A stretch of DNA of 64,000 bases, from positions 480,001 to 544,000 of the forward strand of contig OZ241907.1 of NCBI GenBank assembly GCA_965203515.1, written 5' to 3'. The stretch is from Spirochaetia bacterium (GTDB lineage Bacteria; Spirochaetota; Spirochaetia; SZUA-6; Bin103). This document shows, one piece after another, positions 9,344 to 19,728 of this stretch. Both the position numbers and the translations under genes were made by a program. A model generated the notes under the pieces. That model was not told where the DNA came from. It saw only the letters and a program-made list of their open reading frames with translations, and did no database searches. Position 1 is the stretch's first letter. Each line of letters starts with the position of its first letter.

Positions 9344-10348
9344 TCAGGGAAGGGTGAAGAAGAAGATATCGGACCGCATGACGGCCAAGCCGATCTGGGA
9401 GATGCCGCCGCGTCCGCGGCCGCCCGGGCGGGTGTCGGCGACGCGCCGCGGTTCGCCGCTGCTCCGTCCCTCGTACCACATGTAGTAGACCCCATCGACC
9501 TTGACCGTGGTGCCGTACCAGATGCCGCAATCGTCCCAGGCGCCCTCGGGTCCGCGCTCGAAGATCGGATTGCCGGGGTAGCGGGTCCAGGTGATCAGAT
9601 CGCGCGAGGCGGCGACGCCGAAGTGCCACGGGGTGTCTTCGTGCCGATCGCTGCCTGCGTACACCATGTACCACAGGCCGTTGTCGCGGAAGATGCGGTG
9701 GGTCGTCACCGACAGCCCCTCCCAGCTTCCCGCGGCGCCGGCGCCCATCACCATCTGCCGCCGCGTGTGGTCGAAGCGGTACGGGTCCGGCGACCGCACC
9801 AGGTAGATGTCGGTTCCGCCGCGGTCGTCGAGCGCGGAGTAGAACAGCCAGTACTCGCCGGCGTGCCATACCACCTCCGGCGCGGCCGCGAACGGCGGGA
9901 TCAGCGGCTGGTCGCCGTACCGTTCGAAGCGCAGCCCGTCGTCGGAGACCGCCAGCGCGATGCTCTTGACCGAGTGCCCCCAACCACGTCCCACCGTATC
10001 CGGCCGCTCCTGAGGCACCGCGGTGTAGTACAAGAGGAACCGGCCGTCGGCGATCACCAGCGCAGGATCGATGGCGCCCAGGTCGTCGATGCTGCCCGGC
10101 GCTCCGGGACGGGTCACGGGGTTGCCGGCATACTCCTGCCACGTCACCCCGTCGAACCGCTCCACCGGACAGGTGAGCAGCCCGATCGCCGCGGTGACCA
10201 CGCCGTTCTCCTGCTTGGCGTTACCGCGGAAGTAGAGGCGCCACTCGTCGCCGTCGCGCAGCACGTCGGCGTTGGCGGTGACGAAGTTGCGCCACGTACC
10301 CGGCACCACGGGGATGATCGGATTGGCGGGGTGACGGCGCAGCTTCAC
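9344..10348 (-). CDS. Five-bladed beta-propeller glycosidase-like protein (GH32/43/130 clan-like)
   Basis: Repeated 'NPI/NPV' blades, 'SDDGLRF', 'SRDLITWTRYPGNPIF…WDD', 'YYMWYEG'. Confidence 0.75.
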   Translation of the reverse strand: MKLRRHPANPIIPVVPGTWRNFVTANADVLRDGDEWRLYFRGNAKQENGVVTAAIGLLTCPVERFDGVTWQEYAGNPVTRPGAPGSIDDLGAIDPALVIADGRFLLYYTAVPQERPDTVGRGWGHSVKSIALAVSDDGLRFERYGDQPLIPPFAAAPEVVWHAGEYWLFYSALDDRGGTDIYLVRSPDPYRFDHTRRQMVMGAGAAGSWEGLSVTTHRIFRDNGLWYMVYAGSDRHEDTPWHFGVAASRDLITWTRYPGNPIFERGPEGAWDDCGIWYGTTVKVDGVYYMWYEGRSSGEPRRVADTRPGGRGRGGISQIGLAVMRSDIFFFTLP

Positions 10349-12096
10349 GTCGGCTCCGGTCGGCGATAGCGGATCGAAAGCTCCAGCTCGCGCAGGTACA
10401 CGGCCGGCCGTACCTGCGGGTTCTTGTGCGCCAGCTCGACGGTGAACAGGTTGACCCCGCTCCTTGGCCGATGCCGGCGCAGATCGTAGACCAGGTCGAC
10501 GAAGGCGCTGTTGGGGCCGGTCGGCGCCCCCGGTTGGAGGGTCGGGGCATCGACGAACCGGTCGATGGCGGCGCCGTTGAGGCGCACGCGCACCCGGTCG
10601 ACCGGCGTCAGGTTGACCAGCAGCAGGTGCAGGCGCGCCTCCGCCAGCTCGGCCGCCGGAACCCGTTCCAGGTCATCGGCCACCTTGAGGCGCAGCTCGA
10701 CCGGCTGGCCCGGCGTCAGCGCCAGCGGCAACGAAGCGCGTTGCGCCAGATGCGCGTGGGGATGTCCCGCCCCGTTGCCGGCGGTCTCGAAGTCGAGGGC
10801 GTACAGCTTGTCGCCCCGCGCCAGCGCCTCCGGCGCCCGCCCGTCGCGCAGGATCGTGCCGTCGAGGTGGCGGCCGTGCCGGGCGATCTGGTCCCACAGG
10901 TTGAAGACGTAGATGCCGTCGACCCCATCCAGGTAGGCGTTGGCCGCGAGCGCGCGCCACAGATTGAGCGGCATCGCTTCCAACACGCCCCGCTTGCCCT
11001 CGCGCTTGTGCCGGCTCGCCTCCAGCAGGCGGCGTTCGGCATCCGCCTCGGCGCAAGCGGCGCGCCGATCTTCCGCCTGCAGGGCGCGGGTCTGCTCCCA
11101 GGTCTGATTGGGCATCGCCGTGTCGAGGCCGGCGAGCACTTGACAGCCGGTGCCGCGGCTCAGGGCGGCCAGCGGGCGCAGATCGATCTCGAACTTGTTG
11201 GTGCGCGTGGGGCTGGGGATCAGCACGTCGACCAGACCGGCGCCCACCCATGTCTCGACGTCCAGGCCGATGGCGTCGCAGCCGGCCAGGGCGGTGGGAC
11301 AGCGCGCCGCCAGGCCCAGGTACCGGCCCCGCCGCCCCCCGGCTTCGTCCAGCGCCGCGCGCACCTCGCGCACGAAGGCCGTCATGAGCGGGCGCCCGGC
11401 GGCGACCTGCGTAGGCCGAAAGAAGAACGGGTTGCGCATGAAGTCGAGCTCGATCCCGTCGACCTCGAAGCGGGCGGCGATGTCGGCGGCGATGCGCAGC
11501 CACCGGTCTCTGACTTCGGCATGGGCATAGTCGAGCAGGTGAGCGGCGAACACGCTGCCGGGCCAGTCCTGGCCGATGCGGTACCGGGGATTGCGGCGCC
11601 AGAACTCCGCGGTGAGCGGGCTCGCCTCCGGTCCGCGCTGGTGGTTCCACAACTGGTCGGGATGCGGCGTCCCGAAGTCGGCGGCCTCCGGATCGGGCGC
11701 ATCCGCCGGCGGCGGAAAGGCGAAGTGGCCGTCGTTCATGCGCAGCGAGGCGTACAGATGCATGCCGCGCCGGTGGCAGCGATCGCCCACCAGCGCCAGC
11801 GGCTGCAGGCCGGCGGCGCGCAGGCTGCGCAGCGTGGTGTGCGCCATCCACTCCTGCACGGTTTCGAATACCTGTTGCCCGGTATCGAGATCCTCGACGA
11901 CGTCCGATCCGTACCAGAAGCGGGTGTTGCCGGCGCCCCAGCACAGCAGGTCCGCGCCGGCCATCCGATCTACTGCGGCGCGCAGAAACCGCTCCGCGCT
12001 CAGCGGGACCTGACGGTACTGCCACAGCGATGCGCCGTCGTCGTTCACGGCCACCCGATAGCGGCGGCCCGTGCGGCAGCCGGCGTCCTGGGCCAT
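10345..12096 (-). CDS. GHL10-like (family 10 glycosyl hydrolase-like) TIM-barrel protein
   Basis: 'NDDG', 'YASLRMNDGH', 'LDYAHAEVR', 'DGIELDFMR', 'GLDVETW', 'GVDGIYVFN'. Confidence 0.7.
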   Translation of the reverse strand: MAQDAGCRTGRRYRVAVNDDGASLWQYRQVPLSAERFLRAAVDRMAGADLLCWGAGNTRFWYGSDVVEDLDTGQQVFETVQEWMAHTTLRSLRAAGLQPLALVGDRCHRRGMHLYASLRMNDGHFAFPPPADAPDPEAADFGTPHPDQLWNHQRGPEASPLTAEFWRRNPRYRIGQDWPGSVFAAHLLDYAHAEVRDRWLRIAADIAARFEVDGIELDFMRNPFFFRPTQVAAGRPLMTAFVREVRAALDEAGGRRGRYLGLAARCPTALAGCDAIGLDVETWVGAGLVDVLIPSPTRTNKFEIDLRPLAALSRGTGCQVLAGLDTAMPNQTWEQTRALQAEDRRAACAEADAERRLLEASRHKREGKRGVLEAMPLNLWRALAANAYLDGVDGIYVFNLWDQIARHGRHLDGTILRDGRAPEALARGDKLYALDFETAGNGAGHPHAHLAQRASLPLALTPGQPVELRLKVADDLERVPAAELAEARLHLLLVNLTPVDRVRVRLNGAAIDRFVDAPTLQPGAPTGPNSAFVDLVYDLRRHRPRSGVNLFTVELAHKNPQVRPAVYLRELELSIRYRRPEPT

Positions 12097-12112
12097 GCCG
12101 TCCCAGTCCGGT

Positions 12113-13288
12113 CTAGTCGAGGGAGAACAGCGCCGCTTCGACGTAGCGCAGCGGGTCGCCGGGATCGCCCCAGTAGTAGACGGTGATGATGCGGCCGTCG
12201 GCGAGCTGGCCGGTGCACGGCTCGCCGATGTCGGAGTAGATGCCGCCGAAGACCGAGCCGTCGTGCGCCCACGCCTGCAGCATGGGTCGCGATCCGGAGA
12301 TGTGCTCGCCGTCGCGCACCGACCAGCCTTCCGGGTCGCTCCAGGTGCGCCCGTCGTCGGCGCTCACCGCAACCCGGATGCTGGGGACGTGGCGGTCGCT
12401 CCAGGTGAACAGCAGGCGCCCGTCCCGCAGCCGGATGGTGCTGGTGGCGGAGCCGGTCACGCGAAACGGCAGCGACTCCAACGCGCCCCAGGTGCGCCCG
12501 GCGTCGTAGGAGCGGGCCAGCCAGGCGTTCACTTCCCGCGCCTGGCGGCCGTCCGGCAGGTCGACGGTCTCTTCGCTGTGCATCACCGCCAGAATCTCGC
12601 CGCCGGGCAACGGCACCAGCGACGCCTGGTGATACCGGCGCCGGCCGCGCGGGTCGAGGGCCACGATCGAGCCGTCGCCCCAGGTCAGCCCGCGGTCGTG
12701 GGAGCGCACCACGCACTGCGGATGCTGTTGCGGCGCCGCCGGATCGGAGCCGAGGCTGCCGCACAACGGGGCCAGCAGGGTGCCGTCCGCCAGCTCGATC
12801 ATCGGCGCGTGAATCGCCGCGTGGCTGAGCGGAGACGGCGTCAGCGGCGTGGCCCGATCCCAGGTCCGACCCCCGTCGCGGGAACGCCGCGCCAGGTCGA
12901 TATAGGTCCGCTGCGCCGACCAGCCGGAGCCGTCCTGCAGCGTGGCGGTCAACGGCGGCGTCTTGAGGACGTTGAGGGCGTAGATGAACAGCACCAGGTC
13001 GTTGCCGGCGGCGCTCACCGAGCACTGCTCCATGGGGAAGGTGCCGGTGAGCTGGCGGCGGCCGTCCAGCGGCCAGCTCTGCCCGCCGTCGGTCGAACGG
13101 ATCAGGCAGCCGCGGCACTGCGGCTCGCTGTGATCGTGACCGGCGCCGGCCGACGCCGGCCCGGAGCGCGCCTCCCGGAACGACACCAGCAGATCGCCGT
13201 TGGCCAGTTGCGCCAGCTCCGGGAACGCGGCGTTCCACTCGCCGGTCGGGTCGCGGTAGACGGTGACGTGTCGAAGATCTCGTACCAT
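12113..13288 (-). CDS. Sialidase-like BNR/Asp-box beta-propeller protein
   Basis: Five Asp-boxes (STDGGQSW, SRDGGRTW, SHDRGLTW, SYDAGRTW, SADDGRTW) and 'AFP…LANGDLLVSFRE'. Confidence 0.8.
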   Translation of the reverse strand: MVRDLRHVTVYRDPTGEWNAAFPELAQLANGDLLVSFREARSGPASAGAGHDHSEPQCRGCLIRSTDGGQSWPLDGRRQLTGTFPMEQCSVSAAGNDLVLFIYALNVLKTPPLTATLQDGSGWSAQRTYIDLARRSRDGGRTWDRATPLTPSPLSHAAIHAPMIELADGTLLAPLCGSLGSDPAAPQQHPQCVVRSHDRGLTWGDGSIVALDPRGRRRYHQASLVPLPGGEILAVMHSEETVDLPDGRQAREVNAWLARSYDAGRTWGALESLPFRVTGSATSTIRLRDGRLLFTWSDRHVPSIRVAVSADDGRTWSDPEGWSVRDGEHISGSRPMLQAWAHDGSVFGGIYSDIGEPCTGQLADGRIITVYYWGDPGDPLRYVEAALFSLD

Positions 13289-13289
13289 G

Positions 13290-14327
13290 TCAATCCTTCC
13301 TCTGCGGCGGGCTCACCCCGTCGAGGCGGAGCTGCTCCGCGAAGTGGCACGCCGCGTAGTGTCGTCGGTCGCCGCCGATGGGAACCAGCGGCGGGTCCTC
13401 CCGCCGGCAGATGCTCTCCGCGTAGCGGCAACGCGGGTGAAAGCGGCAGCCCGGCGCCGGGTTGGCGGGCGACGGCACGTCCCCCTCCAGCAGCACCCGT
13501 TCCTGGGCGGCCGCCGCCGGCCGGTAGCGCGGGATGGCCGCCAGCAGCGCCTCGCTGTACGGGTGGCGGGGGCGCCGGTAGAGGCTCTGGGCCGGGCCGT
13601 ACTCGACCAGCTTGCCGACGTACATCACCGCCACCCGGTCGCTGAGGTGATGCACGACCGTCAGGTCGTGGGAGATGAACAGGAAGGTGAGCCCCAGCTC
13701 CTGCTGCAGGTTGCGCAGCAGGCGGATGATCTGCGCCTGGACCGAGACGTCGAGCGCGGAGACCGGCTCGTCGCACACCACGAACTCCGGCTCCAGGCTC
13801 AGCGCCCGGGCGATGCCGATCCGTTGCCGCTGGCCGCCGGAGAACTCGTGCGGGTAGCGGTACAGGTAGTCGCTGCTCATGCCTACCGCTTCCAGCAGCG
13901 ACTCGATGCGCTGCTGGCGGTTGGCGAGCTTGTGAATCAGCAGATACTCGCCCACCACCTCGCCCACCGGCATGCGCGGGTTCAACGATGAGAACGGATC
14001 CTGGAAGATCATCTGCACCCGGCGCCGCATCTCGAACATGCGCTCGCGCGGCAGGGTCAGCAGGTCGACCATCGAGCCGTCGACGCGGTAGCGCACGCTC
14101 CCGCCGGTTGCCCGTTCCAGTCGAATGAGCGTGCGTCCCAGGGTGCTCTTGCCGCAGCCGCTCTCACCCACCAGGCCGAGCGTCTCGCCCCGGCGGATGG
14201 TCAGGCCGACGCCGTCGACCGCCTTGATCTGGCCCACCACGCGCTGCAGGAATCCCCGCTTGATCGGAAACCAGGTACGCAGGTCCTGCGTCTCGAGCAG
14301 GGTCGGCGCGGCCGTCGATTCAGGCAT
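13290..14327 (-). CDS. Oligopeptide/dipeptide-type ABC transporter ATP-binding protein (OppF/AppF)
   Basis: [27 protein letters not shown]-terminal HPY…GCRFHPRC. Confidence 0.92.
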   Translation of the reverse strand: MPESTAAPTLLETQDLRTWFPIKRGFLQRVVGQIKAVDGVGLTIRRGETLGLVGESGCGKSTLGRTLIRLERATGGSVRYRVDGSMVDLLTLPRERMFEMRRRVQMIFQDPFSSLNPRMPVGEVVGEYLLIHKLANRQQRIESLLEAVGMSSDYLYRYPHEFSGGQRQRIGIARALSLEPEFVVCDEPVSALDVSVQAQIIRLLRNLQQELGLTFLFISHDLTVVHHLSDRVAVMYVGKLVEYGPAQSLYRRPRHPYSEALLAAIPRYRPAAAAQERVLLEGDVPSPANPAPGCRFHPRCRYAESICRREDPPLVPIGGDRRHYAACHFAEQLRLDGVSPPQRKD

Positions 14328-15309
14328 AGAGCCAGCAGCGCACCGCGCTTCGGCCGTGCCTCACCAGCGGCGGCGCTTCCCGGCACCGTTCCCACGCCTG
14401 CGGGCAGCGCGCCGCATAGGGGCAGCCGGTGACCGGTTCGAACGGCCCGGGAACGCTGCCGGCTATCGGATCGATATCCTGGCCGGCGCTTTCGCCGATG
14501 ATGAACGAGCACGCCAGCAGGCCCTGCGTATAGGGATGCTTCGGCTCCTCGAAGATCGCCGCTACCGGCGCGTCTTCGACCACCTGCCCCAGATACATCA
14601 CCAGCACGCGGTCGCACAGCTCGCCCACCACGCCCAGGTCGTGGGTGATCCACAGAATCGCCATCCCCAACTTGTCGCGGCCCTGTTCCACCACGTGCAG
14701 GATCTGCGCCTGGACCGTGACGTCGAGCGCCGTAGTCGGCTCGTCGGCGATCAGCAGGCGCGGGTTGCAGACCATCGCCATCGCCAACATCACCCGCTGG
14801 CGCATGCCGCCGCTCAATTGATGCGGGTAGCGGTCGACCACGTCGCCGGGGTCCGGCATGTTGACCCCGCGCAACGCCTCCACCGCCAGCTCCCGCGCGC
14901 GCGGCTTGGAGACCGCTTGGTGGTGCAGGATCGTCTCCATGATCTGGAAGCCGACGGGATAGGACGGATTGAGCGATGTCATCGGCTCCTGGAACACCAT
15001 GGTCACGTCGCCGCCGCGGATGGCGCGCATCTTGCGGCTGTCGAAGCCCAGGGTGGTGACGTCGGTCGCCTCGCCGCGCTCGTCGTGGAGCCAGATGTGA
15101 CCCGCGCTGATGCGCCCGTAGGGCCGCGCCTCCAGGCGCATGATCGACAGCGCCGTCACGCTCTTGCCGCAGCCGCTCTCGCCCACCACGCCCACGGTCT
15201 CGCCCCGGTCGACGGTGAAGTCGACCCCGCGTACGGCGCGCACGATGCCGAGATGGGTGCTGAACTCCACGTGCAGGTCCTCCACCTTGAGCAGCGCCGC
15301 GTCAGCCAT
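14320..15309 (-). CDS. Oligopeptide/dipeptide-type ABC transporter ATP-binding protein (OppD/AppD)
   Basis: [27 protein letters not shown]. Start MADAALL overlaps the upstream stop. Confidence 0.92.
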   Translation of the reverse strand: MADAALLKVEDLHVEFSTHLGIVRAVRGVDFTVDRGETVGVVGESGCGKSVTALSIMRLEARPYGRISAGHIWLHDERGEATDVTTLGFDSRKMRAIRGGDVTMVFQEPMTSLNPSYPVGFQIMETILHHQAVSKPRARELAVEALRGVNMPDPGDVVDRYPHQLSGGMRQRVMLAMAMVCNPRLLIADEPTTALDVTVQAQILHVVEQGRDKLGMAILWITHDLGVVGELCDRVLVMYLGQVVEDAPVAAIFEEPKHPYTQGLLACSFIIGESAGQDIDPIAGSVPGPFEPVTGCPYAARCPQAWERCREAPPLVRHGRSAVRCWLYA

Positions 15310-16454
15310 CAGTTGTAGGGGTCCGCGGCATCCCGCAGCCCGTCTCCCAGGAAGTTGAAGGCGGCCACGGTCAGGATGATCGCCAGCCCCGGCAACATGA
15401 TCCAGGATGACAACAGGATGGCGTTGAGGTTCTGCGCCTCCTGAATCAGCAGTCCCCAACTGGTCATCGGCGGCTTGATCCCCAGGCCCAGGAAGCTGAT
15501 CGCGCTCTCGCCCAGGATCATCCCCGGCAGAGCGATGGTGCTGACCACGATCAGGTGGCTCATCACGTTGGGGATCACGTGCTTGCCCATGATGAAGCGG
15601 GCGCCGGCGCCGCCGGCGACGGAGGCGCGGATGTAATCGCGTTCGCGGATGCTCAGCACCATGCCGCGAATCTGGCGCGCCAGCCCGGTCCAGCCGATCA
15701 GCGCCAGCACCGTCACGATGCCGAAGAAGACCCAGGTGGAGGGCCAGTCCCGGGGCAGGATGGCGGCCAGCGCCAGCCACAGCGGCAGCGTGGGGATGGA
15801 GCTGATCATCTCGATCAGGCGCTGGATGAGCATGTCGATGCGGCCGCCGTAGTACCCGGAGATGGTGCCGATGATCACGCCGAGCAGGGTGCTCAGGGCT
15901 ACGCCGAACACGCCCACGCTCAGGGTGATGCGCCCGCCGTGGATGATGCGGCTCAGCATGTCCCGCCCTCGATAGTCGGTGCCCAGCAGGTTGACGTAGG
16001 CGTCGGCTCCCTCGACGCCGAACAGCTTGGTGCGCAGGCGCTGCGCCCCCGGTCCGAATTGGGCGCGCGGGCGTCGCACGAAGAAGCGGATCGGGTAGCG
16101 GGTCGATTCATCCCGCGTATAGACGATCTGGAAGTCCTGGTTGAAGGTCTGCTGCATCGCGTACACGAACGGGCGCCGAAGTCGGCCCTCCTGATCGAAG
16201 AACTGGATCGGCTGCGGCCGCATGTAGACGCGCGGCGACGATTCCGCAGGCGGATAGGGCGCGAAGAAGTCGGCGAAGATGTAGACCGCGTAGCTGAGCA
16301 TCAGGAACGCCAGCGCGACCAGCGCCAGCTTGTGCTGGCGGAACTTCCGCCACGCCAGAGTGCGGCCGGTCACCCGCCGCGCGCGCCGCGAACGCGGCTC
16401 CGCCGTCGGCGGCTCCGGCGTCTTGGCCGGCGGTTCCCGAACGGTGCCCTGCAT
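15309..16454 (-). CDS. Peptide/nickel-type ABC transporter permease (OppC)
   Basis: 'LLGTDYRGRDMLSR', 'ISFLGLG', 'NFLGDGLRDAADP'. Confidence 0.92.
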   Translation of the reverse strand: MQGTVREPPAKTPEPPTAEPRSRRARRVTGRTLAWRKFRQHKLALVALAFLMLSYAVYIFADFFAPYPPAESSPRVYMRPQPIQFFDQEGRLRRPFVYAMQQTFNQDFQIVYTRDESTRYPIRFFVRRPRAQFGPGAQRLRTKLFGVEGADAYVNLLGTDYRGRDMLSRIIHGGRITLSVGVFGVALSTLLGVIIGTISGYYGGRIDMLIQRLIEMISSIPTLPLWLALAAILPRDWPSTWVFFGIVTVLALIGWTGLARQIRGMVLSIRERDYIRASVAGGAGARFIMGKHVIPNVMSHLIVVSTIALPGMILGESAISFLGLGIKPPMTSWGLLIQEAQNLNAILLSSWIMLPGLAIILTVAAFNFLGDGLRDAADPYN

Positions 16455-17459
16455 CTACTCGAATCGGACCGTGGGGTCGAGCCACGCCAGCACGATGTCG
16501 GCCAGCAGGGTGCCCGCCTGCAGCAGCAGCGTTGCCATCAGCAGGAAGGTGCCGGCCACGTAGCTGTCCTGATGGGTCAGGGCGTCGTAGAACATGAAGC
16601 CGACGGTCGGCAGTCCCAATACGATGCTCAGGATCGTGTCGCCGCTGATCAACTCCGACAGGGTGTTGCTCATGCCCATCACCCACGGATGCAGGGCGTT
16701 CCGGAGCGCGTGGCGGTACACGACCAGGTTCTCCGGCAGGCCCTTGGCGCGCGCGGTCTGCACGTAGGGCTGGTTGAGCTTGTCCAGCAGGTTGCCGCGG
16801 ATGATGCGCAGGCCGGCGCCGGCGCCGGTTATCAGCCCGACGGCCAGCGGTATGCTGAGATGCTTCAGCAGATCGATCAGCTTGCCCCAACTCCACGGGG
16901 CGTTGACGTAGTCGGACGAGAACAGGCCGCCCACGTGCTCGTTGAACACGAACACCATGACCGTCATGAAGATGAGCGCCAGGAAGAATCCGGGCGTCGC
17001 CATCCCCAGAAAGGCCATGACGTTGGTAACGTAGTCGAACAGCGAGTACTGATGGCGGGCGGAGTAGATGCCCAGCGTGAAGCTGGCGGTAAGGCCCACC
17101 ATCAGGCCGAGCAGGCTCAGGAGCACGGTCCAGCCCAGGCGCTCCAGGATCAGCGTATGGACCGGCCGCGCCACCTGGAACGAATAGCCAAAGTCGCCGC
17201 GGGTGACGATGTTGAAGACCCAGGCGGCGTAGCGCACCAGCACCGGGCGGTCGAGCCCGTACTGCACCCGCAGTTCCCCCAGCGCCTCTAGCTGGACCTG
17301 CTTCTCCTGCTCCGTGAGGTTCAGGTTGGAACGGATGCTCGTCTCGTAGACGCTGACGAAGTCGCCCGGCGCCAGATCGATCACCAGGAAGCAGACGAAC
17401 GACAGCACCACGGTCACCGGCAGCATGTAGAGCAGCCGCCGGGCGATGTAAAGCGCCAT
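16455..17459 (-). CDS. Peptide/nickel-type ABC transporter permease (OppB)
   Basis: 'YGLDRP', 'GDFGYSF', 'YVQTARAKGL', 'LDPTVR'. Confidence 0.92.
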   Translation of the reverse strand: MALYIARRLLYMLPVTVVLSFVCFLVIDLAPGDFVSVYETSIRSNLNLTEQEKQVQLEALGELRVQYGLDRPVLVRYAAWVFNIVTRGDFGYSFQVARPVHTLILERLGWTVLLSLLGLMVGLTASFTLGIYSARHQYSLFDYVTNVMAFLGMATPGFFLALIFMTVMVFVFNEHVGGLFSSDYVNAPWSWGKLIDLLKHLSIPLAVGLITGAGAGLRIIRGNLLDKLNQPYVQTARAKGLPENLVVYRHALRNALHPWVMGMSNTLSELISGDTILSIVLGLPTVGFMFYDALTHQDSYVAGTFLLMATLLLQAGTLLADIVLAWLDPTVRFE

Positions 17460-17485
17460 GATGTTTCAGGAGCGGGTGTTTCAGG

Positions 17486-17514
17486 GGCGGTGGGGGCGCG
17501 CGGCCCCCACCGCC
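17486..17514. terminator. GC-rich stem-loop between SBP and permease genes (terminator or mRNA-stabilising hairpin)
   Basis: GGCGGTGGGGG-7 nt-CCCCCACCGCC, no U-tract. Confidence 0.45.
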
Positions 17515-17544
17515 GGTCGATTCAGCCTGGCTTGCGCCGGCCGA

Positions 17545-19521
17545 TCACATCTCGAACCACTGCCACATGCGCATCGCTATGTATTGATCCCAGCTCTGCC
17601 GCATGATGCCGCCGGTTCTGAGCTCCGGCACGTAGAAGTACGGAACGTTGCCGAGCGTGTTGTCCACGACCACGGTCTCGGTCACGCCGCCGCGGGCGAA
17701 CGCCTGCCGCGGCGCGTTGGCTGCGCCCCAGGCGACGAACATGTCCATCGCCGTCTCCATGTCCAGGTCGCCGGCGAAGTAGGCGTCGCGGATCTCCATG
17801 CCTTCGACCTGCCAGTCGAACAGCTCCATCGACCGGGTGCGCGGCAGCATCGGGTTGGGGTCGCCGTCGTTTTCGGGCAACAGCCCGCCGCCGTTGCGCA
17901 GCGTCGACTCGAAGCCGGCCTGGTCGGTCCAGCCGCCCCACAGGAACGAACTGTTGCCGCGCATCTCGTACTCGCCGGGCACGACCAGGGTTTCGTTCAT
18001 CACCACCTCGTTCATGGGGTTGACCGCCACCTGGAAGCCCATCTGGTTGAACTGCTCACCGGCGCCCTCGATCCAGCGGACGCGCATCCAGTCGTGGGAC
18101 GGCGCGACGATCATCCAGCCGATGTTCTGGCCCGCGCGGGGCGACCCGGCCGGATACTCGCGGTAGCCGTCGCCGTTGCTGTCCATGAGGCCCAGATCGT
18201 CGAACGCCGCCAGCGCGGCGTCGCGGTCGAAGGTCTCCACGTAGCTGTCCGCGTACTGCGGATAGGCTGCCAGCATGGCCGGCGAATGGAGCGGCTTGTG
18301 GGCGGGACAGACGATGCAGGTGTGCATGCCCATGGCGTCGGTATCCAGGCCCATGCTCAGCGCCATGACGAAGTCGGGATTCTGAAACAGCGCCCGCAGA
18401 CTGTCGTCCGGGGTATCGAGATTGATGCGCAGGCCCTGGTAGATGCCTACCTTGCTCAGCGGCAGCAGCGAATAGTTGCCCCGCTGCTCGTTCTGGCGGA
18501 TGACGCCCGCTTCCTGGGTGCTGGCCTTGGTGAAGTCGCCCCACAGCTCGTTGGACGCCAGTCCCAGCGCGATCTCGGAACCGTTGGTCTGGTACTTCAT
18601 CACCACGGTGTCGAAGTAGGGCAACTGCTGTCCGGCGCTGTCGACCTTCCAGTAGTAGGGGTTGCGCTCGAAGATCAGCTTGTCGCCGACCACGCCGGTG
18701 GGCTGAAACGCGCTGAGCACCGGCGGGCGGTCACGCGGAAAGCGGGCCGAGTTCCAGTCCTCCATGGTGGCGTCCGAGTTGTACTTGGGATGCAGCTTCT
18801 CCATCTGGTGCTTGGGCAGCCAGGGGATGGAGACCGACGGCCAGATCGCCGGCGAGAAGAACATCGGGACGATCTCCGGGAACGAGTTCTTCATCTTCAC
18901 CTTGAAGGTGTACGTGTCGATCTTCTCGAACTCCGGGACCCCGCCGGCGCCGGCCAGACGGCCGCCTTCGGCGAAGTGGAACCCCTCGATGTTCGGGATC
19001 TGGGTGCTGGCGATCATCCCGCCGCGCACCACGTCGTTCCAGGTGAACATGATGTCGTCGACCGTGAACGGCATGCCGTCCGACCACTTCACGCCCTTGC
19101 GCAGGTGGAAGGTCACCTCCCTGCCGTCATCGGAGATCTCCCAGCTCTCGGCCAGGTTCGGCTCGATGCTGATTCCGGGGTGGATGCCGGCCGGATTGCC
19201 GATCGTCTCGTCGACCTTCCACTGCACGAGCTGCTCCTGCCAGTGGAGCACGCTGCGGGCGTACTGCCCGGTGACCCAGTAGTTGACCGGCAGGTCGAGA
19301 TCGGACTCGTGCGGCAGCGTCATCACCGTGGTCGTGTAGGTGCCGATCTCCGGCGCGTCGGCGTTGACGTAGGGATCGTCCGGCAGACGCTCCTCCACCG
19401 GCGGCAGGTCTCCTGCCGCTACCATCGCCGCCAGCATCGGCGACTCCGAGTACTGGCCGATCGCCGCCCAGGGCACGGCCAGCGCCGCGATCAGCGCGGC
19501 GTACCTCAAACGTCCTTTCAT
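17545..19521 (-). CDS. ABC transporter substrate-binding protein, family 5 (sugar/oligosaccharide-binding subtype)
   Basis: 'YSESPMLAAMVAAGDLPPVEERLP', 'PNLAESWEISDDG…LRKGVKWSDG', 'RNPYYWKVDSAGQQLPY'. GAGGAGG RBS. Confidence 0.9.
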   Translation of the reverse strand: MKGRLRYAALIAALAVPWAAIGQYSESPMLAAMVAAGDLPPVEERLPDDPYVNADAPEIGTYTTTVMTLPHESDLDLPVNYWVTGQYARSVLHWQEQLVQWKVDETIGNPAGIHPGISIEPNLAESWEISDDGREVTFHLRKGVKWSDGMPFTVDDIMFTWNDVVRGGMIASTQIPNIEGFHFAEGGRLAGAGGVPEFEKIDTYTFKVKMKNSFPEIVPMFFSPAIWPSVSIPWLPKHQMEKLHPKYNSDATMEDWNSARFPRDRPPVLSAFQPTGVVGDKLIFERNPYYWKVDSAGQQLPYFDTVVMKYQTNGSEIALGLASNELWGDFTKASTQEAGVIRQNEQRGNYSLLPLSKVGIYQGLRINLDTPDDSLRALFQNPDFVMALSMGLDTDAMGMHTCIVCPAHKPLHSPAMLAAYPQYADSYVETFDRDAALAAFDDLGLMDSNGDGYREYPAGSPRAGQNIGWMIVAPSHDWMRVRWIEGAGEQFNQMGFQVAVNPMNEVVMNETLVVPGEYEMRGNSSFLWGGWTDQAGFESTLRNGGGLLPENDGDPNPMLPRTRSMELFDWQVEGMEIRDAYFAGDLDMETAMDMFVAWGAANAPRQAFARGGVTETVVVDNTLGNVPYFYVPELRTGGIMRQSWDQYIAMRMWQWFEM

Positions 19522-19728
19522 TGTATCTCTCGCCTCCTCAAGGTTCTGCGGGATTCTGCTCAGCCGCTGAAGCGCGGCCGGGCCGACAGTATAGCGGCCG
19601 GGCGGGCGCGCTGTCCACCGACCGCCCGCAGCCGACCGGATGCGCGTCCGGCGCCGCCGGTCGAGCCGCCGACCGGGCCGCCGACCGGCGCTGCCGTCCG
19701 GCGGCCCGCGTCAGGAAGCGCCGCGCGG

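Noticed and set aside
8181..10142. Apparent long fusion ORFs (8181-10142, 28246-30630, 29355-32255, 26960-29050, 4632-6254, 24348-26951, 39768-44264)
   Set aside because: The N-terminal extensions are off-frame read-through over neighbouring genes. True starts were placed at the recognisable domain.
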